Positions 1-9,424 of a stretch of 64,000 nucleotides of DNA are shown here, piece after piece; the stretch's first letter is position 1, and each line of letters opens with the position of its first letter. The notes beneath the pieces are model-generated. The model was not told the origin of the DNA and ran no database searches. It was given only the letters and a program-made list of their open reading frames with translations. Source of the stretch: Desulfatiglandales bacterium (lineage in GTDB: Bacteria > Desulfobacterota > DSM-4660 > Desulfatiglandales > Desulfatiglandaceae); assembly GCA_963662465.1 (NCBI GenBank), contig OY759599.1:7552001-7616000 (forward strand). The letters run 5' to 3'. A program made the translations under genes and the position numbers.

Positions 1-276
1 ATTGTTTACCAGAATATCGATGCCTCCGTGGTCTTTGATCAACCCATGCACAAGACGATCCGTGCTCCCGGTGTCTGTGATGTCCGAAACAAATCCCTTG
101 CCAGCATTGAGACCTTCAAGCCGTCGCTCCAAACGCTTCACGGCCCCTTCATCGATATCCGTAAAGTAACCCCTGGCCCCCTGCTCAGCCATTTCCAAGG
201 CCGTGGCACGGCCGATGTTGGCCCCGGCTCCGGTAACCAGAACCCGCTTTCCCTCCAATAATAAATGATGATCCAC
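1..276 (-). CDS. SDR oxidoreductase, 5' part (runs off window); paralog of 8636-9409
   Basis: GTG start; reads (M)DHHLLLEGKRVLVTGAGANIGRATA (TGxxxxIG NAD-binding motif). DNA is colinear with 9134-9409. Confidence 0.85.
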   Translation of the reverse strand, partial: MDHHLLLEGKRVLVTGAGANIGRATALEMAEQGARGYFTDIDEGAVKRLERRLEGLNAGKGFVSDITDTGSTDRLVHGLIKDHGGIDILVNN

Positions 277-291
277 GATGCCCTCCGCTTC

Positions 292-820
292 TTAGACAAT
301 CCCTTTGTCTTTCCACCTGCCGCTCAAATAGTACACATATGCCGTCATGCCCGCCAGAACGTAGCTCACCGCCAGACCATACCAGACCCCTTCCAGCCCA
401 AAAAAATGCCTGAACATAAAAATGCCTGCCACTCGCCAGGCCCATATTCCCATCACCGCGATGATCATGCCCGCGAAATTGGCCCCTACGATGGAGAGGT
501 AGGTATTCGTTAAAGTGAGAATCGCCTCCGGCGTGTGCATCAAGCGCGGAAGCCATTCTCCGAACAGGAAAATGGCTGCGGTGGCCAGGATGGCACAGGC
601 CCCCAAAAGCAGAAACGTGCTTGATGCCGCCTTTTTCAATTGCTCTGTTTTATGGGCACCGAAGTACTGGGAGATGACCGTGCCGGTTCCGATGGTCAGG
701 CCCATGGAAAACGAGGAAATGACCACCAGGATCACCGCCGCAATGGACAGGGCGCCCAGGGCGCTGTCCCCCAGGAACTTCCCGGCCCAGATCCGGTTCA
801 ACGTGAGATTGACCAGTTGA
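292..820 (-). pseudogene. MATE transporter copy, 5'-truncated, with a 744-bp in-frame internal deletion
   Basis: Matches 9425-9622 and 10367-10697; TNTYLSI is joined directly to VGANFAGM. Confidence 0.9.
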
Positions 821-908
821 TGAAACCCTCAAGGAGTGCCAGACCTATCCATTCAAATTTGTATGTCAGGAACGCAAAGGAACCTTACCCGAAGGAGTGA
901 AAGCATGA
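819..908 (+). pseudogene. 3' remnant of a lost upstream gene (possibly class II glutamine amidotransferase)
   Basis: Open frame DETLKECQTYPFKFVCQERKGTLPEGVKA* ends in an ATGA overlap with the GGCT start. Identity inferred from the usual amidoligase-GATase-GGCT gene order. Confidence 0.45.
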
Positions 909-1399
909 AGAATAACGACAACCATCTCCGACTTTTTGTCTATGGAACCCTGAAAAAGGGATTCTGGAACTTTGACCTGTTCTGCACCCGGGCCATCAGT
1001 ATCGAACCCGCCACCACTTGGGGCAGGCTCTATCATTTGCCTGCCGGATTCCCGGCATTGGAAGTCCAGGAGAGCTGCATACTGGCCACCGGCACTGCCG
1101 ATCCGCTGGCCGATACCCGAACACAGAACACCATCGAGCTGCCGGAAAATGCCATGACTCGACCGGAAGGCGACTGGGATCTGGTCCACGGGGAGCTGAT
1201 GACCTTCGCCAATCCCGGCTTTGATCTGCCGCCCATCGATCTGCTGGAGGCATTCGATCCCAATGGCCGCTGTGTTTATAAGCGGGTTCTGGTGGCGGTG
1301 GCGTCGAACGACTTGAACAGGCCCGTTTGGCTGTACAATTACAAGCTCGGCCATGATGCGGAAAGGATTGCCTCAGGACGCTGGTATCCAGCAATATAA
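905..1399 (+). CDS. Gamma-glutamylcyclotransferase (AIG2-like) family protein
   Basis: LFVYGTLKKG N-terminal motif, V.GEL, and IASGRW at the C-terminus. Confidence 0.85.
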   Translation: MKNNDNHLRLFVYGTLKKGFWNFDLFCTRAISIEPATTWGRLYHLPAGFPALEVQESCILATGTADPLADTRTQNTIELPENAMTRPEGDWDLVHGELMTFANPGFDLPPIDLLEAFDPNGRCVYKRVLVAVASNDLNRPVWLYNYKLGHDAERIASGRWYPAI

Positions 1400-1561
1400 A
1401 ACGAAATCGTCTTAAATCGGCAAAGAACATTTGACTTCTTGCTTTCATCTCAGTATATTTGCAAGGTGAATTAAACTGGGAATGTTGTATTTGCAGCATT
1501 CCTTAACTGCCTCTGTTGAGGTCATGGCAAAAAGCAATAGCCCCCGAGAGGAGTATGAGAC

Positions 1562-1777
1562 ATGGCACAAGATGATCGCTGGTTGTCAGTGGGCGAAATA
1601 TGCAAATACCTTGGGATCGGTAAGGATACCGTCTACAAGTGGATCGATAAGCACGGCATGCCCGCTCATCGAATGGGCCGCCTGTGGAAATTCAAAAAAA
1701 ATCAGGTAGACGCTTGGGTTGAGGCTGGCGGCGCTGCTGCAGGCAATGAGCAACATGATAAAAACAAAGCCGACTAA
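1562..1777 (+). CDS. Excisionase-family (HTH_17) DNA-binding protein
   Basis: WLSVGEICKYLGIGKDTVYKWI...PAHRMGRLWKFKK.QVDAW; SD GAGGAG. Confidence 0.9.
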   Translation: MAQDDRWLSVGEICKYLGIGKDTVYKWIDKHGMPAHRMGRLWKFKKNQVDAWVEAGGAAAGNEQHDKNKAD

Positions 1778-1797
1778 CTTAAATCAGGAGTTTATAG

Positions 1798-3317
1798 ATG
1801 ACAAGTAACCAACAACGCGCCGCCCTGCAGCGCCAGATCTGGCAGATCGCCAATGATGTACGAGGCGCAGTGGATGGCTGGGATTTTAAGCAATATGTGT
1901 TCGGCACCCTGTTTTACCGCTTTATCAGTGAAAACTTTTCCAGCTACATCTATGCGGAACTGGACGATGGGGTGATTACCCCGGAAATCAAAGATGATGC
2001 CGTTAAAACCAAGGGTTACTTCATCTACCCCAGCCGGCTGTTCGCCAATATTGCCAAAGGCGCCAACACCAATGAGAGCTTGAACACCGATCTGGCCTCC
2101 ATATTTGCAGCCATTGAAAGCTCCGCCAATGGCTACCCATCGGAGCGTGACATCAAAGGGTTGTTTGCCGATTTCGACACCACCAGCAACTGCCTCGGCA
2201 ACACCGTTACCGACAAGAACACCCGTCTGGCCGCTGTACTCAAGGGCGTGGCCGGGCTGAACTTTGGTGATTTTCAAGGCAACCAGATCGACTTGTTTGG
2301 CGATGCCTACGAGTTTCTCATCTCAAACTACGCTGCCAACGCCGGTAAATCCGGGGGCGAGTTTTTCACCCCGCAGCATGTATCGAAGCTGATAGCCCAG
2401 CCGCCATGCACAAGCAAACCAGCGTCAATAAAATTTATGACCCGGCATGCGGTTCAGGTTCCCTGCTGCTGCAATCCAAGAAACATTTTGACGCCCATAT
2501 TATTGAAGAGGGATTTTTCGGTCAGGAGATCAACCACACCACCTACAACCTGGCGCGGATGAACATGTTTTTGCACAATATTAACTACGACAAGTTCAAT
2601 ATCCAACTGTGCAACACTTTGATCGACCCGCATTTCGGCGATGACAAACCCTTTGACGCCATCGTCTCCAATCCGCCGTATTCGGTGAAATGGATTGGCA
2701 GTGACGACCCGACGCTGATTAACGATGACCGCTTTGCCCCGGCCGGTGTACTCGCCCCCAAATCCAAGGCCGACTTTGCCTTTGTGCTGCACGCGCTAAG
2801 TTATCTTTCAAGCCGTGGCCGCGCTGCCATTGTCTGCTTTCCCGGTATTTTTTACCGAGGTGGCGCCGAGAAGAAAATCCGCCAGTATCTGGTGGATAAC
2901 AACTATGTGGAGACCGTAATATCACTTGCGCCCAACCTCTTTTTCGGCACCACCATCGCCGTCAATATTCTGGTGCTCTCCAAACACAAAACCGACACCA
3001 CCACCCAGTTTATTGATGCCAGCGGGCTGTTCAAGAAAGAGACCAATAACAACATCCTTACAGAAGCGCACATTGAACAGATCATGCAGGCGTTCGACAG
3101 CAAAGAGAAGGCAGAGCACTTTACCCAGTCCGTCGATAACGACAAAATCGCCGAAAACGACTACAACCTCTCCGTCAGCAGCTATGTGGAAGCCAAAGAC
3201 ACCCGCGAGGTGATTGATATTACAAAGCTCAATGCCGAGCTGAAAACCACCGTCGCCAGGATTGATGAGCTTCGAAAAGATATTGACAATATTGTGGCGG
3301 AAATCGAGGGGGCGTAA
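1798..3317 (+). pseudogene. hsdM: Type I (IC-like) R-M methyltransferase HsdM, frameshifted at ~2401
   Basis: [15 protein letters not shown] in one frame; [17 protein letters not shown] and NPPY in the next. One base is missing at cag-cc-gcc-atg. Confidence 0.92.
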
Positions 3318-3320
3318 GGG

Positions 3321-3355
3321 GAACCACAGATGGACACAGATACACACAGATTGAA
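3321..3355 (+). repeat. 35-bp repeat of 10-nt NNNCACAGAT units (copy 1; copy 2 at 4476-4510)
   Basis: gaaccacagatggacacagatacacacagattgaa versus gaaccacagataaccacagatggacacggattgaa. Confidence 0.8.
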
Positions 3356-3403
3356 GTTTAATCCCGTCGAATCCGGCGGGTTTGAAATACGGAGTACAAA
3401 CCG

Positions 3404-3868
3404 ATGGCTAAAAATAAGAAAATACATGTTCAGGGCAGCGAAATAACAGTCTTTCATGCCGAAAAACAGGACTACATTTCGTTAACCGACATCGCAAAAA
3501 CCAAGGAAGGCGATGGACGAGCAGCAGATATAATAAAAAACTGGATTCGAAATAGAGGAACTATTGAGTTTATTGGCACCTGGGAGCAGTTATACAACCC
3601 GAACTTTAAAGTGGTCGAATTCGACCACTTTAGAATGAATGCCGGCTTAACATCTTTTGTTTTAAGTCCTGGGAAATGGGTTGAAAAAACCGATGCAATC
3701 GGGATTTTTGTCAAAGGTGGCAGATATGGAGGCACCTATGCCCACTTAATCCAGCAGGACTTACCCCAGGGAGAACGATTGAAACTGCTGAACCAGACCG
3801 CCATCCAGCAGATGCGCCTGCTGACTGAAGATAACCGCATTAAAAAGCTGGAGGAGGGAGATAGATGA
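3404..3868 (+). CDS. KilA-N domain DNA-binding protein, probably internally deleted
   Basis: DYISLTDIAK, NWIRNRGTIEFIG.WE.LYNP.F, GRYGGTYAH, then jumps straight to the C-terminal LIQQDLPQGERL. Confidence 0.8.
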   Translation: MAKNKKIHVQGSEITVFHAEKQDYISLTDIAKTKEGDGRAADIIKNWIRNRGTIEFIGTWEQLYNPNFKVVEFDHFRMNAGLTSFVLSPGKWVEKTDAIGIFVKGGRYGGTYAHLIQQDLPQGERLKLLNQTAIQQMRLLTEDNRIKKLEEGDR

Positions 3869-4470
3869 ACCTGGAAAATAAACTGGGTATCACCAATCAG
3901 GTTGAACTGGCCAGGGTCGAAGAAAAAATCAGCAAACAAAAAGCCCGCCAGCTTTTTGATACGGGCGACATTGATCAGGTAACCGTCGGAACCTTTGAAG
4001 GACTGGCCTTCATTCATACCTTTCTGTTTGGGGATATTTATCATTTTGCCGGCAAGATTCGCGAGGCAAATATTGCCAAGGGCAACTTCCGTTTTGCACC
4101 GGTGATGTATTTGGAAGCATCCCTGAACCACATCGATTCCATGCCGCAAAGCAACGTGGATGAAATCATCGAAAAATATGTCGAGATGAACATCGCCCAC
4201 CCCTTTCGGGAAGGCAACGGCCGCGCCACCCGCATCTGGCTGGATCTCATGTTGAAACAGGAGATCCGGAAGATCATCGACTGGAACCAGGTTGATAAAG
4301 CGGAATACCTCTCCGCCATGGAGCGCAGCCCGGTAAAAGATGTGGAAATCAAGGTGCTGCTGAAAAGTGCGCTGACCGACCGGATCGATGACCGCGCTCT
4401 GTTCATGAAAGGCATTGACGTCAGCTACTTCTATGAAGGCTATAGCGAATTTAAAACCGAGGAGCTGTAG
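3865..4470 (+). CDS. fic: Fic family protein adenylyltransferase
   Basis: Canonical HPFREGNGRATR motif; C-terminal SYFYEG resembles the class III inhibitory motif. Confidence 0.92.
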   Translation: MNLENKLGITNQVELARVEEKISKQKARQLFDTGDIDQVTVGTFEGLAFIHTFLFGDIYHFAGKIREANIAKGNFRFAPVMYLEASLNHIDSMPQSNVDEIIEKYVEMNIAHPFREGNGRATRIWLDLMLKQEIRKIIDWNQVDKAEYLSAMERSPVKDVEIKVLLKSALTDRIDDRALFMKGIDVSYFYEGYSEFKTEEL

Positions 4471-4472
4471 CA

Positions 4473-5690
4473 ATGGAACCACAGATAACCACAGATGGAC
4501 ACGGATTGAATTCGTTTATGGAAAAACTGCTGGATGGTGTTGAGGTGAAGTGGATTGCGTTGGGGAATGACAACTTTGTTGAGGTGGCAAATAGTGGACG
4601 AAAGCCTGTAAAAGCATCTCTACGTGTGGCCGGAGAAACGCCATATTACGGTGCGAACAATATTCAGGACTATGTCGATGGCCATACTCACGATGGCGAG
4701 TACGTTCTTATCGCTGAGGACGGATCAGCAAGCCTTGAAAACTATTCAATTCAATATGCAACCGGAAAGTTTTGGGCTAACAATCATGTTCATGTTGTAC
4801 GTGGGAAATCCAGATTGAACACAAGGTTTCTGTTTCATTATTTAAGCATCGTTAGTTTCATCCCATTTCTATCAGGTGGTGGTAGAGCAAAGCTGACAAA
4901 AGGGAAGATGGTAGAAGTCAAAATCCCCATCCCGTGCCCGGAGAACCCGAAAAAATCGTTGGAAATTCAGACCGAAATCGTCCGCATTCTGGACAAATTC
5001 ACCGAGCTTACAGCGGAGCTTACAGCTCGCAAAAAACAATACAACTACTATCGCGACCAGTTTTTGAGTTTTGAAGAAGGTGAAGTGGAATGGAAGACGT
5101 TGGGGGAACTATGCGTAATTGGGGATGGTCTTCATGGCACTCCAGCATACGACGATAATGGGGATTATTATTTTATAAACGGAAACAATTTAGAAAATGG
5201 AAAAATAGTCTTTACTGAAAAGACAAAAAAAGTGAATGACTCGATGTTTGAAAAGCATGGAATTGTTTTTACGGCTAAAAACACTGTTTTTTTATCTATA
5301 AATGGTACAATTGGTAATGTTTCATTTTATGAAAATGAAAAGATTGTTCTTGGGAAATCTGTTGCCTTTTTTAAAATTGAATCATCATCACTCCAATTAA
5401 GATATCTATTCTATTTTCTGCAAACAGATTTTGCTAAAAGATATTTTGAGTCGAATAAAACGGGCTCGACAATTAAAAACTTAGGTTTAAAAGCCTTGAG
5501 AGCATTTGAAATTCCAATCCCACTCATAGCAGAACAAGCCCGCATCGTCGCCATTCTGGACAAATTCGACGCTCTCACCACCTCCCTCACCGAAGGTCTG
5601 CCCCGTGAGATTGAACTGCGCCAGAAGCAATACGAGTATTACCGCGATTTGCTGTTGAGCTTCCCCAGGCCGGAGGAGATTGATGTCTGA
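4473..5690 (+). CDS. hsdS: Type IC restriction-modification specificity subunit
   Basis: EKLLDGVEV.W, two TRDs, IVRILDKFTELTAEL..RKKQY.YYRD, and EGLPREIELRQKQYEYYRD. Confidence 0.95.
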   Translation: MEPQITTDGHGLNSFMEKLLDGVEVKWIALGNDNFVEVANSGRKPVKASLRVAGETPYYGANNIQDYVDGHTHDGEYVLIAEDGSASLENYSIQYATGKFWANNHVHVVRGKSRLNTRFLFHYLSIVSFIPFLSGGGRAKLTKGKMVEVKIPIPCPENPKKSLEIQTEIVRILDKFTELTAELTARKKQYNYYRDQFLSFEEGEVEWKTLGELCVIGDGLHGTPAYDDNGDYYFINGNNLENGKIVFTEKTKKVNDSMFEKHGIVFTAKNTVFLSINGTIGNVSFYENEKIVLGKSVAFFKIESSSLQLRYLFYFLQTDFAKRYFESNKTGSTIKNLGLKALRAFEIPIPLIAEQARIVAILDKFDALTTSLTEGLPREIELRQKQYEYYRDLLLSFPRPEEIDV

Positions 5691-6333
5691 TTTGATCCCT
5701 AAACACGGCGGTTACCGCAAACTGAAGAGCTTTCAGGTGGCGCAGTTGGTGTATGACATCACCGTGCGCTTTTGCGACCGCTATGTGGATCGATTCAGCC
5801 GTACAAAAGACCAAATGGTGCAGGCGGCACGGTCGGGCGTGCAGAACATTGCGGAGGGCTCGCAGGCATCCGCAACTTCGAAAAAGACGGAGCTCAAACT
5901 GACCCAGGTGGCGCGGGCGAGCCTGGAAGAGTTGAAGCTGGATTATGAGGATTTTTTGCGGCAAAGGGAGCTGGCGATGCTGGAGCCGAATCATCCAGTG
6001 CTGAAGCACTTCAAAGAGCGGAAACCATCAACGGTTAATGAGTTTGCAGCGTGGGTGGCGGAAGAGCACCGGAGAAGTTTAGACGCACACGGACGAGCAA
6101 AGATGCACACTGACGATCAGAAGGAAAAGGAAAGGTCTGTGTCTGTCGGTGCATGTCCGTGTCAGTCCTTAAGCTCTTCTTGTTTGGCAGCCAACGGTGC
6201 ACTTTCTCTTCTTAATCTTGCCTGCTATCTCCTCGACCGCCAGGTCGAACGGCTGGCACAGGATTTTGAAAACAAGGGCGGTTTCACCGAGCGCCTTTAT
6301 CGCGTACGCAGCGAAAAGCGGAGGAATAAATGA
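5683..6333 (+). CDS. Four-helix-bundle (suffix-domain) protein
   Basis: HGGYRKLKSFQVA, DQMVQAARSG.QNIAEGS, VARASLEEL..DYEDFLRQR, GGFTERLY. Confidence 0.85.
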   Translation: MSDLIPKHGGYRKLKSFQVAQLVYDITVRFCDRYVDRFSRTKDQMVQAARSGVQNIAEGSQASATSKKTELKLTQVARASLEELKLDYEDFLRQRELAMLEPNHPVLKHFKERKPSTVNEFAAWVAEEHRRSLDAHGRAKMHTDDQKEKERSVSVGACPCQSLSSSCLAANGALSLLNLACYLLDRQVERLAQDFENKGGFTERLYRVRSEKRRNK

Positions 6334-7394
6334 TTGAACCTAACCAGCGCAAACTGACACCCCGGGATGAGGTGACCGACTTTCTACTTTACACCGCGCC
6401 GGATGGCCAGGTGAAGGTGGAGTGCATCCTGCGCGACGAGACCATCTGGCTGACACAGGAGCGAATAGCCGAACTTTTCGGCGTGCAACGTCCGGCTATT
6501 ACCAAGCATCTGAAGAATATCTTTGAGTCCGGTGAACTGGAGGAAAACATGGTTAGTTCCATTTTGGAACATACCACTCAGCACGGGGCCATTGAGGGGA
6601 AGACCCAGACTCGGTCCGTCAAATTCTACAATCTGGATGCCATTATCTCAGTCGGCTACCGGGTAAATTCCTCGAAAGCCACCCAATTCCGTATCTGGGC
6701 GACGAAACTGTTGAAGGAATACATCACCAAAGGCTTCGCCATGGATGATGAGCGGCTGAAGAACGGTCGTTATTTCGGCAAGGACTACTTTCGTGAGCTG
6801 CTTGAGCGTGTTCGTTCCATCCGTGCTTCCGAACGTCGGATTTACCAACAGATCACCGATATTTTTGCCGAGTGCAGCATCGATTATGATCCAAGGTCGG
6901 AAACGACTCAGAATTTCTACGCCCATGTGCAGGATAAATTTCACTACGCCATCACGGGGCATACCGCTGCTGAAATCATTTATCTGAATGCCGACGCCGA
7001 AAAACCGCTGATGGGGATGATGACCTACAAGAACGCACCAAATGGACGTGTGCTCAAATCAGATACCACCATTGGCAAAAATTATCTGCAGGAAGATGAG
7101 ATTAAAAAACTGGAACGGACTGTTACCGCGTTCTTCGACTACATCGAGCGGATCATTGAAAACCGCACCACCTTCACCATGGAAAGCTTTGCCGAAAGCG
7201 TGAACCGCTTTCTGGAATTTAACGAATATAAAATCCTTGAAGGCTATGGTTCCGTCTCCCGCAAAAAGGCCGAAGCAAAGGCATTTGCTGAATACGACAA
7301 GTTCAACAAAACTCAGCGCATCGAATCCGACTTCGACAAAGCTGTTAAACAGATAGAGGCCTCATCAAGGAATAAGGGGGATATCAATGATTGA
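6330..7394 (+). CDS. RhuM family protein
   Basis: [46 protein letters not shown]. Confidence 0.9.
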   Translation: MIEPNQRKLTPRDEVTDFLLYTAPDGQVKVECILRDETIWLTQERIAELFGVQRPAITKHLKNIFESGELEENMVSSILEHTTQHGAIEGKTQTRSVKFYNLDAIISVGYRVNSSKATQFRIWATKLLKEYITKGFAMDDERLKNGRYFGKDYFRELLERVRSIRASERRIYQQITDIFAECSIDYDPRSETTQNFYAHVQDKFHYAITGHTAAEIIYLNADAEKPLMGMMTYKNAPNGRVLKSDTTIGKNYLQEDEIKKLERTVTAFFDYIERIIENRTTFTMESFAESVNRFLEFNEYKILEGYGSVSRKKAEAKAFAEYDKFNKTQRIESDFDKAVKQIEASSRNKGDIND

Positions 7395-8528
7395 ATACAC
7401 CAAGCCAATTGCGGAATCCAAAAACTTCATTGTTTTAGATAAATACACCCAGGAGTGGAAGGTCTGTGAAAACGGTCAAGGATACCAAAGCGAAAATGAT
7501 TTAGAGCAGGAATTTATCCGTGACCTGCAAAATCGGAGCAGGCGACCATTGATGCCATTACGCTCTTTGGCGATAAAAACACCAAAAACGTGGTATTGGA
7601 GAAAGGCTATAAAGAATACATGGAAGGCTTTACTGATGTAGCAACCGGTGAAGCCCGACGCGGCTATATGGAGGTGGTAACAGAATTACAGCGGCGCTTC
7701 CCCAACCCGGATGAGATTGAAAAAGAAGCGGATAAAAAAGCCTTTGCTAAACTGTTTGGCGAATATTTGCGGGTGGAGAATGTGCTGCAAAACTACGATG
7801 AATTTGCCAGTCTGAAAGCCTTACAAAGCGTTGACATGACCGACTATGAAGCTGTTGAGGCGTTTAAAGCCCAGCATTATGTAACCGATGAAGATTTGCA
7901 GGCTATGCAGGAGATTGAGATACCTCCTGAGCGACAAATTCAGGATTACCGTTCCACATACAACGACATCCGCGACTGGCTGCGCCATGAAAAAGCAAGT
8001 GCGGACAAAGCCGAGTCAAAAATCGATTGGGATGATGTGGTTTTTGAAGTGGATCTGCTTAAATCGCAAGAGATCAACCTTGACTACATTCTGGAGCTGA
8101 TTTTTGAACACCACAAGAAGACCAGAAGCAAAACCGAGCTGGTTGACGAGGTACGCCGGGTGATTCGCGCCAGCCTCGGTAACCGCGCAAAAGAGAGTCT
8201 GCTGGTTGATTTTATTAACCAAACCGACCTTGATCAGGTTCGCGATAAGGCCAGTGTGATTGATGCCTTTTTTGCCTTTGCCCAGGCGGAGCAAAAACGA
8301 GAAGCCGAAGAATTAATCGGCTCTGAAGGTTTGAATGAAGATGCTGCAAAGCGTTATCTTGTCACCTCGTTAAAGCGGGAGTTTGCCAGTGACAATGGCA
8401 CAGAGCTCAATGCCATCCTGCCTAAGATGAGCCCGTTAAATCCGCAATATCTCCCAAAAAAGCAGAGTGTGTTTCAAAAGATAGCCGCTTTTGTTGAGAA
8501 GTTTAAGGGTGTGGGGGGCGAGGTTTAA
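7387..8528 (+). pseudogene. hsdR: Type IC restriction subunit HsdR with large internal deletion
   Basis: N-terminus [20 protein letters not shown] is fused out of frame at 7534/7535 to [13 protein letters not shown]...[24 protein letters not shown]...EKFKGVGG. No nuclease or DEAD motifs remain. Confidence 0.92.
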
Positions 8529-8635
8529 TGCATATAGAGGTGAGGTGATAAGACATTGCTTTTTTTCGGCAACGAGCATGGAGAAAATAAGATTGTGGGC
8601 CAAGAAAAGCAACCCCAACATGCTTGGTATTGTTA

Positions 8636-9409
8636 TCAATCGATAGGAATTTCATCCACCAGATGGTTGTGAAGTGACAGTCCCGCATCCACTTTCAATA
8701 CCGTCCCGGTTGTAAAATGCGAAAAGAAATCTGATGCGAGATACACGACGGCACGCCCCACGTACTTGGCGGGAATGGAGGTGTGATGAAGGGGCGTGAA
8801 GTGATGGGCCGCGGGTGCTGTTTCATCATCGCCCAACACATAACCCGGTGCCACCGCGTTGACCCGGATGCCGTATTTTGCCAGATCCAGGGCCAGTTCC
8901 TTGACAACCATGCCGATGGCGCCTTTGGTGGCGCTGTAAGCCGGGTATCTTCTCACCGTCCACTGATGAACCGAACTCATGAAGATGATGGAACCGGAGA
9001 TCTTCCGGCTGACCATCAGGTCCCCCACAAGCTTCGTGAGATACATGGGGCCGAAGAGATTGGTTTGAAATATCCGGTGCCACTCGGCCGGATTCAACCC
9101 ATTCAGGGCCACCGTCGTGGATGGGATCCCCACATTGTTCACCAGAACATCGATGCCCCCATGGTCTTCGATCAACGCATGCACAAGATGATCCGTGCTC
9201 CCGGTGTCCGTGATGTCCGAAACAAATCCCTTGCCACCATTGAGACCTTCAAGCCGGCGCTCCAAACGCTTCACGGCCCCGTCATCGATATCCGTAAAGT
9301 AAACCCTGGCCCCCTGTTTGGCCATTTCAATGGCCGTGGCCCGGCCGATGTTGGCCCCGGCCCCGGTAACCAGAACCCGTTTCCCCTCTAATAATGAATG
9401 ATGATCCAT
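8636..9409 (-). CDS. Short-chain dehydrogenase/reductase
   Basis: TGAGANIG, NNVG, YSATK (YxxxK), IRVNAVAPG. Confidence 0.93.
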   Translation of the reverse strand: MDHHSLLEGKRVLVTGAGANIGRATAIEMAKQGARVYFTDIDDGAVKRLERRLEGLNGGKGFVSDITDTGSTDHLVHALIEDHGGIDVLVNNVGIPSTTVALNGLNPAEWHRIFQTNLFGPMYLTKLVGDLMVSRKISGSIIFMSSVHQWTVRRYPAYSATKGAIGMVVKELALDLAKYGIRVNAVAPGYVLGDDETAPAAHHFTPLHHTSIPAKYVGRAVVYLASDFFSHFTTGTVLKVDAGLSLHNHLVDEIPID

Positions 9410-9424
9410 GCGATCCTCCGGTCT

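Larger units (their letters stand above)
1..820 (+). repeat. Diverged direct duplication of the SDR-MATE segment (second copy 9134-10697)
   Basis: Alignment by eye at offsets 9133 and 9877, with scattered substitutions. Confidence 0.92.

Noticed and set aside
1562..1777. Excisionase as evidence of an intact prophage or ICE
   Set aside because: No integrase, att site, conjugation or phage structural genes in the window; HTH_17 genes commonly precede hsdM.
5683..6333. Four-helix-bundle protein as the Avd of a diversity-generating retroelement
   Set aside because: No reverse transcriptase in the window and no TR/VR pair with adenine-specific mismatches.
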